From assembly GCA_000165425.1 (NCBI GenBank), contig CT868607.1, positions 124,001-188,000 of the forward strand: a stretch of DNA of 64,000 nucleotides, in the 5' to 3' direction. The notes under the pieces were generated by a model. The model was given only the letters and a program-made list of their open reading frames with translations. It had not been told where the DNA came from and did not search any database. Each line of letters opens with the position of its first letter. Position 1 is the first letter of the stretch. Below are positions 1 to 13,999 of the stretch, one piece after another. A program made the translations under genes and the position numbers. Origin of the DNA: Paramecium tetraurelia (taxonomy: Eukaryota).

Positions 1-3000
1 TATAAGCTCTATAATAACTCAATTCTAGTAGATATGCCAAATTATCTTATGCTTTAGTTTTTAGGATTTTGCAAGCCAATTAACTAATCTTCAAGGCCTC
101 ATTAATTTTACCACAGTCAGTGTAACCCTTGGTTAATTTGCAAGCCACATATGCTGTCTATAGACTATTGTCTGTGTAGAGAGTTTCAAAAATGTAAAAG
201 GCTTTTTCGTAAAAGAGGATTTGTTATTCAGGACTTTGCTTTTGCTCTCCGATTTCAATGTATGCATCAGCAGTCAATTGATGCTGATGACCAATGGTTT
301 TGATTAGACATATTATCTACATAGTATTCATTTAGAGCATGTCCTCTATTTATCCTCTATTCTTAAAAAATGTACCCATGATATTGAAGACCTTAGCATA
401 GTAATGATGCTGGGAACCTAAACAAAACTCCAAATTAAATATCAACAAGTCGAATACTATGAATACGTAATCCTAGTATAATTCAGTTACTATCTCTAAT
501 AACAACATCAATGGTCGAATCATCCCCACCTTGGGAATCCATCTCTAATTCATATTGGAAAGTTGATTAAGAAGATTCTCGCTGTCAAGGTAAATGTTGG
601 GATTCAAGTGTTTCAAGGCCTCTGCTAATCGAACCATTGTTTGTTAATACTGCTTCTATTTGAAATGCAATTCTGCTAGGTCTGTCAACACCATGGTTCT
701 GGCTTAAGCTATGTTGCTGGAATGTTCGAGTCCTTCAAGAAGGTTTAGGCGTCTGATTTTGTCAAAATTTAATTTACATATGAAGAACTTTTATGGCCAA
801 TTGGTAGTTTTACTATAGTTTGAAGATATTAAATTTATTCACCAGTTTACAGATCTCAACTTCTAACATAGAGAAACTTTGAACATCGAATCTCAACTGA
901 ATTATGGAGGAGGAATCAAAGAACACCTATTTATTCATTTACTTTATCGAATGAGCTCCTTTAGTGGGAGGAGTAGTCAATGGAGTCATTTGAGATGATG
1001 CTGGGATGATAGATGTTTTATATAATTGCTAGTAAGTTTTTTAATGTAAGTACTATTTCAAATTAAATTTGTTTATGACACTCTCATCTAATTATGCATA
1101 AGGAGTTCCAAAAATTATGTCTTTGGGTTCAAATTTAGATTCGAATTTTAAATTATACTGTAAAGCACTCAACAAACTACCTGGACAAATCCCTTTTAAT
1201 TTCAAATTCAAATCATAATTGAAGTCAAATAACACTTATTTAAAGAGAATTTATTCATAAAACACATTGCTCTTAGAAAACAGTAAATTTAATAAGTCTG
1301 CCAATTACTCTTTGTATTGCATCTCTATGAATTCTGACATGGTTTCTCTTTCTTAAATAATCGTGCGTGGTAACATTATGGATTACTTTTTTGGGAAGGG
1401 TCTCTTCGATTCCAATTCTTCTTAATCCGAAAAGGGGTCCCTGATGATTTTCTTAGGATCAAAGGGCTTAAATGGGATTTAATCCTCTGTAATTGTCTAC
1501 AAAAACTCTGTGAATTATTAATTAAATATGTTTTTAATTGATCTAGCCATCATTTCCACTTCGCATAACTATTGAACATGGGGGATTCTTATATTTGATA
1601 TCATGAATATATACTTAGTTTATAATGCCACCAGATTAAGGAATCTCATGTTAATACCAAAAAGTCTAAAGCTTTCTCTTAACGTATAACTATCAATAGG
1701 ACATATTTCTAATTGATCAATTTTATTCACGAATTCTTGGATATAACCTCTAATGAAGTTTTTGCTCATCTCTGCTAAAGCCATTTGATCAATTGCTATG
1801 TCATTTGATTCCTCAATGGTGTCATATGCATCAGGATTATAGACCTTTCTGTTTTGGATGTTACTTTACTATGCTCTCAATTAACCACTGACACCTGTAT
1901 CATAATACACTGACAGAAATTCTGGTCTGGCTCTCCTGAATTCATAATTTTAAAGTAAATGATCAAAGTTGTGATTTGCAGGAATTGTCTTATTAGATTA
2001 TTCCACCAGTTCTGAGTAGTGCTCTTCAATGACATAAGGTAGTATTTCCTTTACTCTAAGTAAATAAAACAAGCCTTGTCGTTTAACTTCTTGTTCTGAT
2101 TCTTAGTCTGCATAAATTTTAATCTAGGCTTTTAATTGTTCAAATTCAGCAATGTTACCACTGTGTATTTGAGTATTTACAGATAATTGGATGACAGATC
2201 TTTTGGTATCTAATTGTATTTTCTTTGGATCAAATCTTTCGATTTTCCACATGAAACAATGAGGCTTGATCGCTAAGCTTCTACCCAAGGCTTCAATTTC
2301 AAGTTCTAGTTTTTATGATGCCTTGTAATAATTTTCACCATTTGGGACACCGTAAATTAAAGATGAATCATCCAGAGGAGAAGGAGGACATGCTAGGACC
2401 AAGGCTTTAAATCCTAGATACTCAATTTGACATGATAATGGAACTTTGAGTTTGAAATATTTATTCACAGATCTTTGGGAGAAACAGATGTCATTCAAAT
2501 AATTTAAGGCTTTGAATTCATCTGACAATTATCGTTTTTTGCAATTTGAATGCACTATTCCATACCAGAATGGTAATTCTAATAAATTTAGATTTAGACT
2601 TTGAATCATCACTGATTTATTTGGTATTAGAAGAGTTCTCTCAACAGTTTCAGATGTTGCAATATAGATCAGCATGTTATTACTTTTAAATTAGAAGGTG
2701 CCATAAAAGCAATCCTGGAACTACCCAATATAATTATTTTCTTCGTTGTTTTATTACTTCTTCTTAGGCTTAGAGAATATAGTCTTAGAATGATATATGA
2801 AGCAATACTTTCTTTTGATTGTCTTCCTCGATTAAGTTGACACTCTGATTTTAGTTGACAACTGTGATTTTTTTATCCAAAAGATCGCAAATTAATTGTT
2901 TGACTGAGATGAATGCTTGTTCTTTGAAAGTCTCAAGATATTTGATCAATCTGAGACCAGCTTTCATGCTGTTGTCAAAATTATCGCATGATTCAATACA

Positions 3001-3860
3001 GTCCTCCAAAGCTTGATAATATCTGAATTCCCAGGCTGTTGATATTCTCAACTTCATTTATCTTTCCTATTCTCTTCTCAAATTTCGTTGTTCCTCTTCC
3101 CTTCTCTTCTTCTCTTCCTCTTCCCTTTGGAGATTGAGTCTTTTTTATTCTTCTTCAAATTATTGCTTTCTTTATCTGTTAATTTCTTCTTCTTTATTTT
3201 TCCTGTCAATTTCTTACAATTTCAAATTCGTTCTAAATTATTTAACTTTCCCAGATCGAACCTTTGCCTCATTTTTGAGCTTCTCCTCTTCATCGACACT
3301 TTCAATTGGATTTTGTTCCTTGATCTGATCTGGACTAAAAAGGGGAGATCAAAAAAAAGAAGTACCTTAGTTTTTCTAATTATTTCAATTGATTTTCTAC
3401 AAATTGCTTAACAGAAGCAGTGGGAGCCTCTTGTCTCTGCAAATTCATGGCAAAGATCTCACACCATCTTTCCTTAGACTCAATGTCTCTGAATAGAAAA
3501 ATCCAAGTTTATAATGGTTGTTTTGGTTTTGGAAGGGCAGGTTCTGGTTTATTGAGTTCATTGCCTTTGAGCACTTGATTAGAATAAAAAGTGAAGGCGA
3601 TGACTCTGGGCTACAAATCATTGCTGATTCTAGGGTCATTTTCAATGATATCTAGGATGCTGCTGAAGAGTAGTCTAATGTACAATAGGATTTAAATTTA
3701 ACCCAGCTTTAGGTTTGTCGTTAAGTTTTGGATTTTCAGATTGAAAATCTGGAGGTGGCTTTGAATAATATTTGATGCGACCTTGATCAACTTCGAGAAT
3801 GCGGGAGTTGAATTTTTTGAAGGAATCATCTAATTTATCAACAATTCCAATTTAGTTCAT
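1..3860 (-). CDS. PH + coiled-coil + CLU (clustered-mitochondria-like) + TPR protein; 3' end runs off the window
   Basis: Code-6 translation from ATG 3860. N-terminal PH-like region ends in ...ESKERWCEIF, followed by an E/R/K-rich coil. CLU-like motifs IEYLGFKALVLACPP..LIYGVPNG and FRLFGINMRFL, with TPR-like helices near the left edge. Tiny introns near 3334-3365 and 3675-3702. Confidence 0.7.
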
Positions 3861-4136
3861 TAATAATTATAATGAAAACACGCAGGAAATGATGAATAAG
3901 CAGAAAGAGAATGGGAGAGAGGGACAAAGAGAGACCAGAGCATTCAATTCTCAGAGCTGGATTGAGGAGATGGGGAGGTTGAAGGAGAAGAGATTGGAGA
4001 AGCAGAGATATTATAAGGAGGAGTTTTTCTCGTGTTATTAGTTTGATTTTGTATTGTTTTTCTTTTGCATGGGATAGTATCTTCCCATATTATTCAAGTT
4101 TCTTTAATTATTAATCGATTGGTAGCAGCTCAGAAA

Positions 4137-5876
4137 ATGAAATAAAGACCAAGACAGATCGATGCATCAAAGCCAGTGCTCACAGTTAGCTCTTTGGATG
4201 CATTCAACAATGCTGAAGGGCAGGAAGCAGACATTAAAAACACGGAATAAATCATTACTCCTGATTAACTCTTAAAAGAGAAGTAAATTACATATATCTG
4301 TTTAATTACCAAAAGAGGAGTCCAAGAGAATAGAATTCACCTCTCTCAAATGTGAAATCTCTTCCTTGCTCCTCCATACCCCGCCTTATTTATTTTTATA
4401 TTATACTCATTATTATTTAGACCTAAATAATTTGAAGAGCCCTAACTCAAATCCCAACTTCCGTCAAGATGCCGTGAAGATTACATACTCTATAAGGAAC
4501 CTGTGTATCCGGATGCTACGACATACGAATTGACTGACGAAGATGTTCATTTCCTCTAGACCATCAATGAGAAGCTGCAAACGCCCATCACTATCGAAGA
4601 CTTTGAATTGTACCTTGCACTCCTTGACGCCAAGAGTGGCAAAGATGTGGAAATAGATTTTAGTGACTTTCTGAAACTGAAACCCACTTTGCCAAGATCA
4701 ATAAATCAATAAGCTATAACTCTCCAGGAATAACTATACACATATTTTAAGAAGCAGAGACAACACTACTCTCGCTCACTAACAAGATTCCTAATGCATC
4801 CATATTATGAGGATAGTAATCCCCATTTGGCTTTCCGTCCCAGAACTCAACCCATGGACAGAACCATGAAATTACGTAGAGGTAATGCCTAAAACACAAG
4901 AGGAGTGAATGAGATGGAAAATTTGGGTTAGAAGATAGTGTTGTTGAAAAAGGATCTTTTGACTGTCTCAAATATAATAGATTAGAGTATTCAGAGAGAA
5001 AAAGCAATGGAAATTGAGAGGAGATTGAGCTTTTGCAAATTCATCAAAGAATTCTTCGAGTCTTCTAAAAAAGAGAAGGATAATAATGCTGAAATTAGAT
5101 TATGGCCTAAAGACTGTTTTGTTAGAGAATGTTTAGATAAGTGTTCGATTAACATCGTAGAAAGAGCAGATGAGATGTTTGATAACATTTCAAAAGAAAT
5201 TCTGTAATGGAGAGAGTTGAATGAATAACAAAAAAAAGAGAAATAGCGAAAGGAGGATTAGATACTCAGATTTGAAAAATAAATCGAAGATCTAATTACA
5301 GAAAAACTGAAATTCGAAGAAAAACCACCTGTCATTGTACCCCCAGTAATCCCATAACCCATTCAACCATAATAATAGCCTTAAATCCCTGTCATTCCCT
5401 AAGAACCACCAGATGAGAAGATGGAGAGTGTAGCCAGATTCTTGGCAACTCTGTACTTAGAAGCAAGAAAATACCAATTAACCTTTGATTAAGTGTTATC
5501 GGATTCTTTTCCCATTTATAAGATATAGAATCCTCAGCAATAAGTGAATTCTAAAAGCATTTTCCCTTTTTCTTTAATGCAAATCGAAGGGAACGACATT
5601 GTGTACAAAGTGAGAAAGGACAGTTGTTTGGAAAGGAAGACTACTGCTTATTGGGAGAGCTATTAAGATCAGCAATTAACGAGTACCTTATATTATTAGC
5701 ACCAATATTTCAAGGAGAAAGTGAATGACATAATGGAGATGGCAGACATGGATCAGATGGTTTATGCTCAAGGAGTGGATGATGACAAATTGGATGAGGA
5801 GGAGAAGTTATTCAAGAAGAAGGTGAAGAGTGGTTCAACGAGATTAACAGGTTCAAATGGGGCACAATTAAAGTGA
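4137..5876 (+). CDS. Enhancer of polycomb-like (EPL1/EPC, NuA4 subunit) protein
   Basis: MKQRPRQIDASKPV, YELTDEDVHFL and DSNPHLAFRPR resemble EPC/Epl1 N-terminal motifs. The model needs an intron at 4352-4420 and probably one at 4283-4315. TGA at 5874-5876. Confidence 0.7.
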
Positions 5877-5997
5877 TTATTAACTTATTCGATATATATA
5901 AAATATGAAAACCGATATTACAATTTTGTTAGAATGAATATATAATGATGATTAGGTTATTTATATTGTATGTGTATGAATGTACTTTGTATTGAAC

Positions 5998-6441
5998 TCA
6001 ATAAAAGAAACCAAGGATTTTTCCTCCAATGTGTCTTTATCTAGCTTCCTCGTGAGTAAGAATGCCAACATTAGTAGTTAAGACAACGCATCCAAATTGT
6101 CTGGCTGGCAAAATATTGTTAGCCCATCTCTCGAATTCACCTAGAGTAACATCATAACGAGGTGAAATGACTCCACATTTATTAATGCGACCTTTTCATA
6201 ACTGACAATTGGTACCCAAGAGTTCAACGACAATTTTGCCACTTCTGTGATCGTCGACAATTTCAAACTCTCCAATATATCCGTGTCTCTACATGACTTA
6301 TAAGAATTTCACAACTAATTTGGATGTTGGTCTGATTAACACTTATTTTCTTCCTTATCTTTTCGAATAAAACAATAAAGTGTACCTTTCAGCATTCACA
6401 ATTGAACGAAGGCAATCATTTAGAACGTTCATCTTGACCAT
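5998..6441 (-). CDS. RPS15A: 40S ribosomal protein S15a (uS8)
   Basis: [67 protein letters not shown]; two tiny introns. Confidence 0.97.
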
Positions 6442-6653
6442 TTTAAATTAAAGATTTAAAAATGTATTAATTATTTTTTATATAATTCTTGTGATAAAAT
6501 AAAGTCTATAGATTGCATTCCAAAAGAGGATTAAAAAGAAGTGATCTCCCAAATATTCTTGATAGAATATGGACATACTAAATTCGAATTGCTCAGAAAA
6601 ATATAAATTCAGATTTCATATGTTAAACTTTATAGAAATTAAAATCTTTAATA

Positions 6654-9600
6654 ATGTCTCAAAGAAAATCATTAACCCAAGCACATATCAAGACAGTTCT
6701 GATCTCTGAAGCAAGAGGGAAATTCAAAAGATGTTAGTTGTGTCAAAAGGAATTTGGGCTGTTGAAACCTGAGCATTAGTGCAAAAGGTTTGAATGATTC
6801 CTACAATTTTAGATGTCGTCGTGCTGTTTGTAAACAATGTTCAGAACACAAGATTATTTATATAACAGAAACAGGTCCAAGTAAGAGACCTAGAAGAATT
6901 TGTAATTCTTGCAAAGATGAAAGTGATTGGATCAAAAGATTCATTGAACAATAAAAGATTGTTTTCGGTACTAACACTTTTGCTGTCGAATGGCTAAAGG
7001 CATCAGGTTTGACTGTAGAACATGCCAATCAAGTAAAGATATATTAAATACACAGGAATACGAAAAAGCATTAAAAGGAATTACCTCTAATCCAGAAAAT
7101 AGTGATTATTAGAAAATGAAGTCAGAGTTGAACTCAGTCATGATTGAATTATGGCTCAATCTCAATTTCTCCCTTAGAGAATTCATCACCTATCTAATCA
7201 AAGACAACGAACATGAATTGTTGACTTAGAAAATCAGTAAAGTTTTAGGCTCTCTTTTACTCCAATATCCAGATATTGGCTACACTTCAGATTAAATACT
7301 CATTACTTTATTCTTACTTTGTTTCTCCTCTGAAGCATCCACATATGCATTACTGACTGTGCTTTATTCGAATATAATCCCATTCAACACTTACCCATCT
7401 CAATTGAAAAAGACACCTTATGATTATCTTCATGAAACTGAGAAGGTAGCTTAGGTTTTGGAGTAGGCCTTTAAACTTAAACAAAGTGAAGTGACACTCG
7501 CCAAACCTTTTGTGAGAAACAGAATATCTAGATACCTTTAGCCATTTGGTATTAACTTCTTTCTTCTACAGACCAGCTTTTTCTTTTTGAATCAAGTTCT
7601 CCTTAATCCCACTGTGGGATACGACAACTATTTAAAGTGTTTGGCATCTTCCTTCTATGCAACTTTCGATGAAATCAAACAATTCAATCAATAATTTGAG
7701 GAAATTGAAGGATAAATTATGAAAGGGGTGTCTTCTGGAGTAATTGAAAAGAACTATGTTCAAACCAAATTAATTATATTTATATCTCACCCACAGGGTA
7801 TGTCACAAAGTGTTATCGTTTCTAGACCTTTGGAACAGAATAAGGATACTCATTAAATTAAGGTTGAATTTATCAAGGATTAAAATGAATAATAAAGAAA
7901 TGAATAAGATGATGATATGCTCAAATATTCAGTGACTCAATCTGATGAGTTCCAGAACTTAAGAAGAAAGACTGTCTAAATTGCTTAATAACCACAAGTT
8001 GATGAAGAAAAGGAAACCTTAAAAAAATACATTGAACAAATTGAAGAACTCTTAATGACAAAGCACAAATTGGTCACTGAATTACAATTGTAAGTTAAGG
8101 AACTTCAAAACTAGCCATTATAAGTAATCAATCAGGATGCAGATAAGTAACTTTTAGATGCAAATGAATCATTAAGGAAAAAGATTGCATTATATGATTT
8201 GGAAATCTAGGCTTTACATGAATAGAAGAAATATTAGGATAAAATTTAGGAAGACAATTAGAATATAATAAATAATTTATAAAAGTCAAATTCAGAAATA
8301 TATGCATAACTGAATGCTCAGATCTTATAAAATAAAGAACTTTAATAATAAGTTTCTGATCTTAAACTCTTATCTACTTAATAAGCTGAAAATTCAATGA
8401 CAGCTTCTCAAATTGATAAGAACTATTAAATCAATATTTCTTTATAATCCAGACAGACTGAGTAAGAATTGACTTAGCTATTGGATGCTGATCGATAGAA
8501 GATTTTCTAATTAGAATTACAAGTCAATCAACTAAATAAGGAGTACATTGCATTACAATAATTAAATTAAGATAAGTTGAGGATCATAGGAAATTTAGAA
8601 GTAAGATTAATACAAGCAGAAGCTGCGAAAAGAGAGCATGAAAAGTACTCATCAGAAAATATAGAAATCAAAAAGAAATTATAAAATCATGAGTTAGTGA
8701 TTATTTAATAGACAGAATAATTATAATTGCTTCAGTAAAGGTATGATTTAAGATGTTTGGAATTAGAGCCTATTAAAAAGGAGAAGCTTCAATTAGCTGA
8801 AGAATTAGGCTTGAAGGAGTAAATAATATTGACGATCTAACAATAATTGGCTGAATTAAAAAATTCATAAATATTTATTTCAAAATAATTAGATGAAGCA
8901 TTGTAAATAAATGAAAAATTGCAATAAAACATAATCGAGAAAGATCAATAAATTTCTGAATATTTAAAGGTGGTATAAGAAAAGAATTTACAGATTACTG
9001 CTTTAAGAGAGTCAAATATATTGATGAACGAGAGAATTTAAAATCTATTAAAATAATTGGAAGAAAATGAATTATAATTAGCTAAGGTTTAATAGGAATT
9101 GAAAGAAAATCTTGATCGATAAGCATAAGGGTAAATTGAGGCTTCCACATTAAAAGAATAACTATAGTAGCTAATGTAATAACATCAATTAATAAATGAT
9201 AAACATCGATTGATAATTATTGAATTGGATGATTATAAGACTAAGTGGACAATTTTAACATAGGAACATAGTTCATTAAGGGAAACTCATCAAATTACTA
9301 CTAGTGAATTAGATTAATTGAAATAAAGATTTGCTTAGCTGACCAATGATCATAATAGTTTTTAAGAGTAGCATAGATTAATTCTCATCTAATTTGAACA
9401 AGAAAGAACGAACTCCACTTTAGTTTAAGAGAAAAATAAAGTTATTGATGAACTTAGACACCAGATAATCAAACTGGAAGAGACCCATTAAGTGACCATT
9501 TAAATACATCTAACCAAAGTTTAAGAATTGGAACTTCTAATCATAACACTTGAAAAAAAGGTTTTAGAATTCAAATCTTTGAGTGAAACATAAAAAATTG

Positions 9601-10049
9601 AAATCTCTGAACATTTAGCCAAGATAAATTAATTTGAATCAGATAGAGCTGAACATGTCGCTAAAAATTAATCTCTAACAATATAATTAACAACTTACAT
9701 GGAAAAGTAGAATGAATTAGAAAAAAAGAATAGCAGTTTGGAATCAGAACTTGCTCAGTTGTAAAAGAGAGTTTAAGAATTAAATCATCACAATGGGGAA
9801 CAAAAGGTCTTGATTATATAATTAGAAGAAAGAATTACGTTGTTGATAACTGAAGTAAAGACTAAGGAGGGGGAGAATGTTAAATTAATTTAAGTGATTG
9901 AATCCTAGAAATAATCTATAATTGATTATGAAGAATTGATTAGAAAATTAAAAGCCTAAATCGTTGAATTAGAAAAGTATAACCTTAAATTAAAGACAAC
10001 CCTTAAACATTATAAGGAGCTTTCAAAAGAAATGGCAGAAATAGATTGA
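6654..10049 (+). CDS. FYVE-type zinc finger + TBC-like segment + long coiled-coil protein
   Basis: CQLCQKEFGLLKPEHQCKRCRRAVCKQCS..RICNSC, then YPDIGYTSDQ (resembles the TBC 'P.IGY.QG' motif), then several hundred residues of E/Q/K/L heptads. TGA at 10047-10049. Confidence 0.7.
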
Positions 10050-10152
10050 TTTCTATTTACATTAAGAATATTTATTAGATCACCTTTTTATTATATTCTT
10101 ATAAATTAATCTATTTAACTTATGTAGATTAATATGCTGAAATAATAAAAAA

Positions 10153-11441
10153 TCAAATTTTATTTTTTGAATCACTTTTTTTCAAATCTATCTAGGATAT
10201 TACTCTAATTCTTTAAGGAGAACGAAGTTTTGATATCTGAGAGGTTAGGAAAGGCGATTTAGAATTCTTAAATTAATAGTAAAATTACAATAAGATATTA
10301 ATTTGTAAAATGGTCGCCTCTCCTTGTACTGGTAGTGCATGATACTTATTTCAAGTGATTTGCTTAGTACTTGTAAGGAGAATCGGTATTATTTAAATTC
10401 AATCTTTCTGTTATCTACAATGCCTGTTGTATATTTAAATTATTTTTATTGTCAGTAATTTTAAATGGTAATTAGGATTAATTATCATTTACAAATTAAT
10501 CTATTAATTTAAATTCCGATTGATATATTTTGCTAGTCTCTTATTTATTTGACTAATAGCTTTTTCGAATAGATCTATTAGTTTAGTCTGTGTCTGTCCT
10601 GTAATATTACGATGAACTTAATTTTCTAATTCTTTTCTATCAAAAATATAGTATTAGCATTTACTTAACGCTGCATCATTTATTCTTTTTCTTACAATCT
10701 CTTCAAAATGGCTAGTTGCTGAGGATCATTATTTTTTTTCATAAATTTCTTAAGTGGATCTTCTTCATCTTGTTGTTGCTCTTCTTCTACTTCTCTCATA
10801 TCCAAAACTTTCTTATAGCAGATATCTTCCAAAGACAAAAGATTTGTGCACTGCTTAACTTTTTATTGGTTTGATAATTGTTCCGATTTTATTTTCTGAA
10901 TGAGCTCTTCCCTCAAAACACAATAATTCATGTATTAAATCATGTTGGGGAAGCTCAAAGGCACAAAATTGAACTCATTTGGTTTACCTAACTTCTCCGA
11001 GGTCTCTCTGATTTTGCGCATGAGCTCAACGAACACTTCATATATTTGAGAATTTACTCTATAAAGCTTCTTAGTTTTACAAGGCTTGTCGAAAGTCGTT
11101 CCAATTAAGTTTGTCTGACAAATAAATAATGTCAATTACCATCTTCATCTTAATCGATTCTCTTGAAAAATTCACGCAATTTAGTTTTTGTAATGTTAAT
11201 CCCATAGCGTTTGAACATGTCATACAACTCTTATCGATCTAGAAACTCTAAAGTAAATTTAGGGAATAAAAAACTTGAATTATCTCTATCAATTGATTTG
11301 AAAGACAGCTTTCATCATTGTTTATTCCTTCAGCTCCTTCTCATTCAAAATATATTTATCCTTCACTTGATTTCTGAATCTATTTTTCAACCAATTCACT
11401 GTTTAGAAGTTTTTAACTTTGAGAGAAATGTTCTTATCCAT
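10153..11441 (-). CDS. Two-EF-hand protein with an apparent +1 frameshift near 11300 (possible pseudogene or sequencing error)
   Basis: EF loops IDRDNSKFLDRQE and IDQDEDDKLNWND after removing tiny introns. The 5' ORF from ATG 11441 is one base out of frame with them. Stop is at 10153 or 10172 depending on a 22-nt intron. Confidence 0.6.
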
Positions 11442-11852
11442 TAAAAATTTATAAATTGAATCAGAGTTATTAGAAATTATTCTAAAAATAATTTTCTATA
11501 ATAAACAATTTCCCACGAATCTACTGAGATGAGATAATTAATAGATTTATACTATCCTATTAAATGGAAGCGATAAATTTGTATCCTAAAACAATACCAT
11601 TTTCATATTAACTTCACCCAAATTGTGTATCCTGCTGATTTTTCAATAAATCACAGTAATTTTACAAGTTTCTCGATTGCAGATGATTCATCATGCTTAT
11701 ATTTTTATAATTAATTGCATTAATTATAAAAGAAAATAATTCAAATATGAAGTACCCCGGTGCAAGGATATTTTGGATATTCAAATGTGAGTGATAACTG
11801 CTGAAATTCAAATAATTTTTTTAGAGAGTTTTCATCACATAGCACTTTAAAA

Positions 11853-13202
<1,350 letters not shown>

Positions 13203-13999
13203 TAAATCAATATATATATAAAACCACAATATTCAAACATTCCAAAAAATATTTTTTAATTTCTGACTTTTCTTATTAAACAATCATAATATTAACTACA
13301 TTTTTGATTTTCAAATCGACCTCTATGAGACTTCTTTTGAAATCAATTAAATTTATTAATTTGTTATCATTCTTAAGTCAATTTTATAGAATACTTATTA
13401 TGATGGATGCGTCTTAATCTCAATATATATTTCATATTGATTAATCTTCCTAAGAAGTTTCAACTTATTTTTTGTCTCTATTTACATCTTTACATGGCTT
13501 TTTATTTATTCAATTGTAATTTCAAGCGCTATTTTGATTGTAAAATGTAGGAATAAAATAATTTATTTATATGTTTGGAATCCAAGCTTCAGGAAATCAG
13601 GAAACATACAAATAATTAATTTAATTAATAATAAGAGGATTAAATGCTAAGCTATCAAAATTTTGTTATTAATGTTCTTAGATTAAATATATGAATGATA
13701 AAATCCCAATAAAATAATTAATTGAGAATTTGATTTGATTTAAGTAGCAGTTTTAACAAAAGCATGTGAAAAATACAAAAAATTTCAATTGATATTAAAA
13801 GAATCCTAGAGGTCTTAAGGATTACTAACAAGAATTATTTAATCAAGCGATAATTTTAAATTAAGCGATATTAACTTAAATTTCACTTACTGCATCTTAT
13901 AATAATTTAACTATGTTGAATATCTTCATGCAAATAATCTAAACAATTAATTTTACAAATTTATTAGAAAATAAGAAATTAATTTAATATAATATTATT

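Noticed and set aside
3889..3970. Possible C/D snoRNA (ATGATGA C-box-like)
   Set aside because: No CTGA D box or terminal stem seen at a suitable distance.
13520..13872. Recurring AAGCGATA-like words (also at 11568) as a regulatory motif
   Set aside because: Too few and too short, with no consistent position relative to genes.
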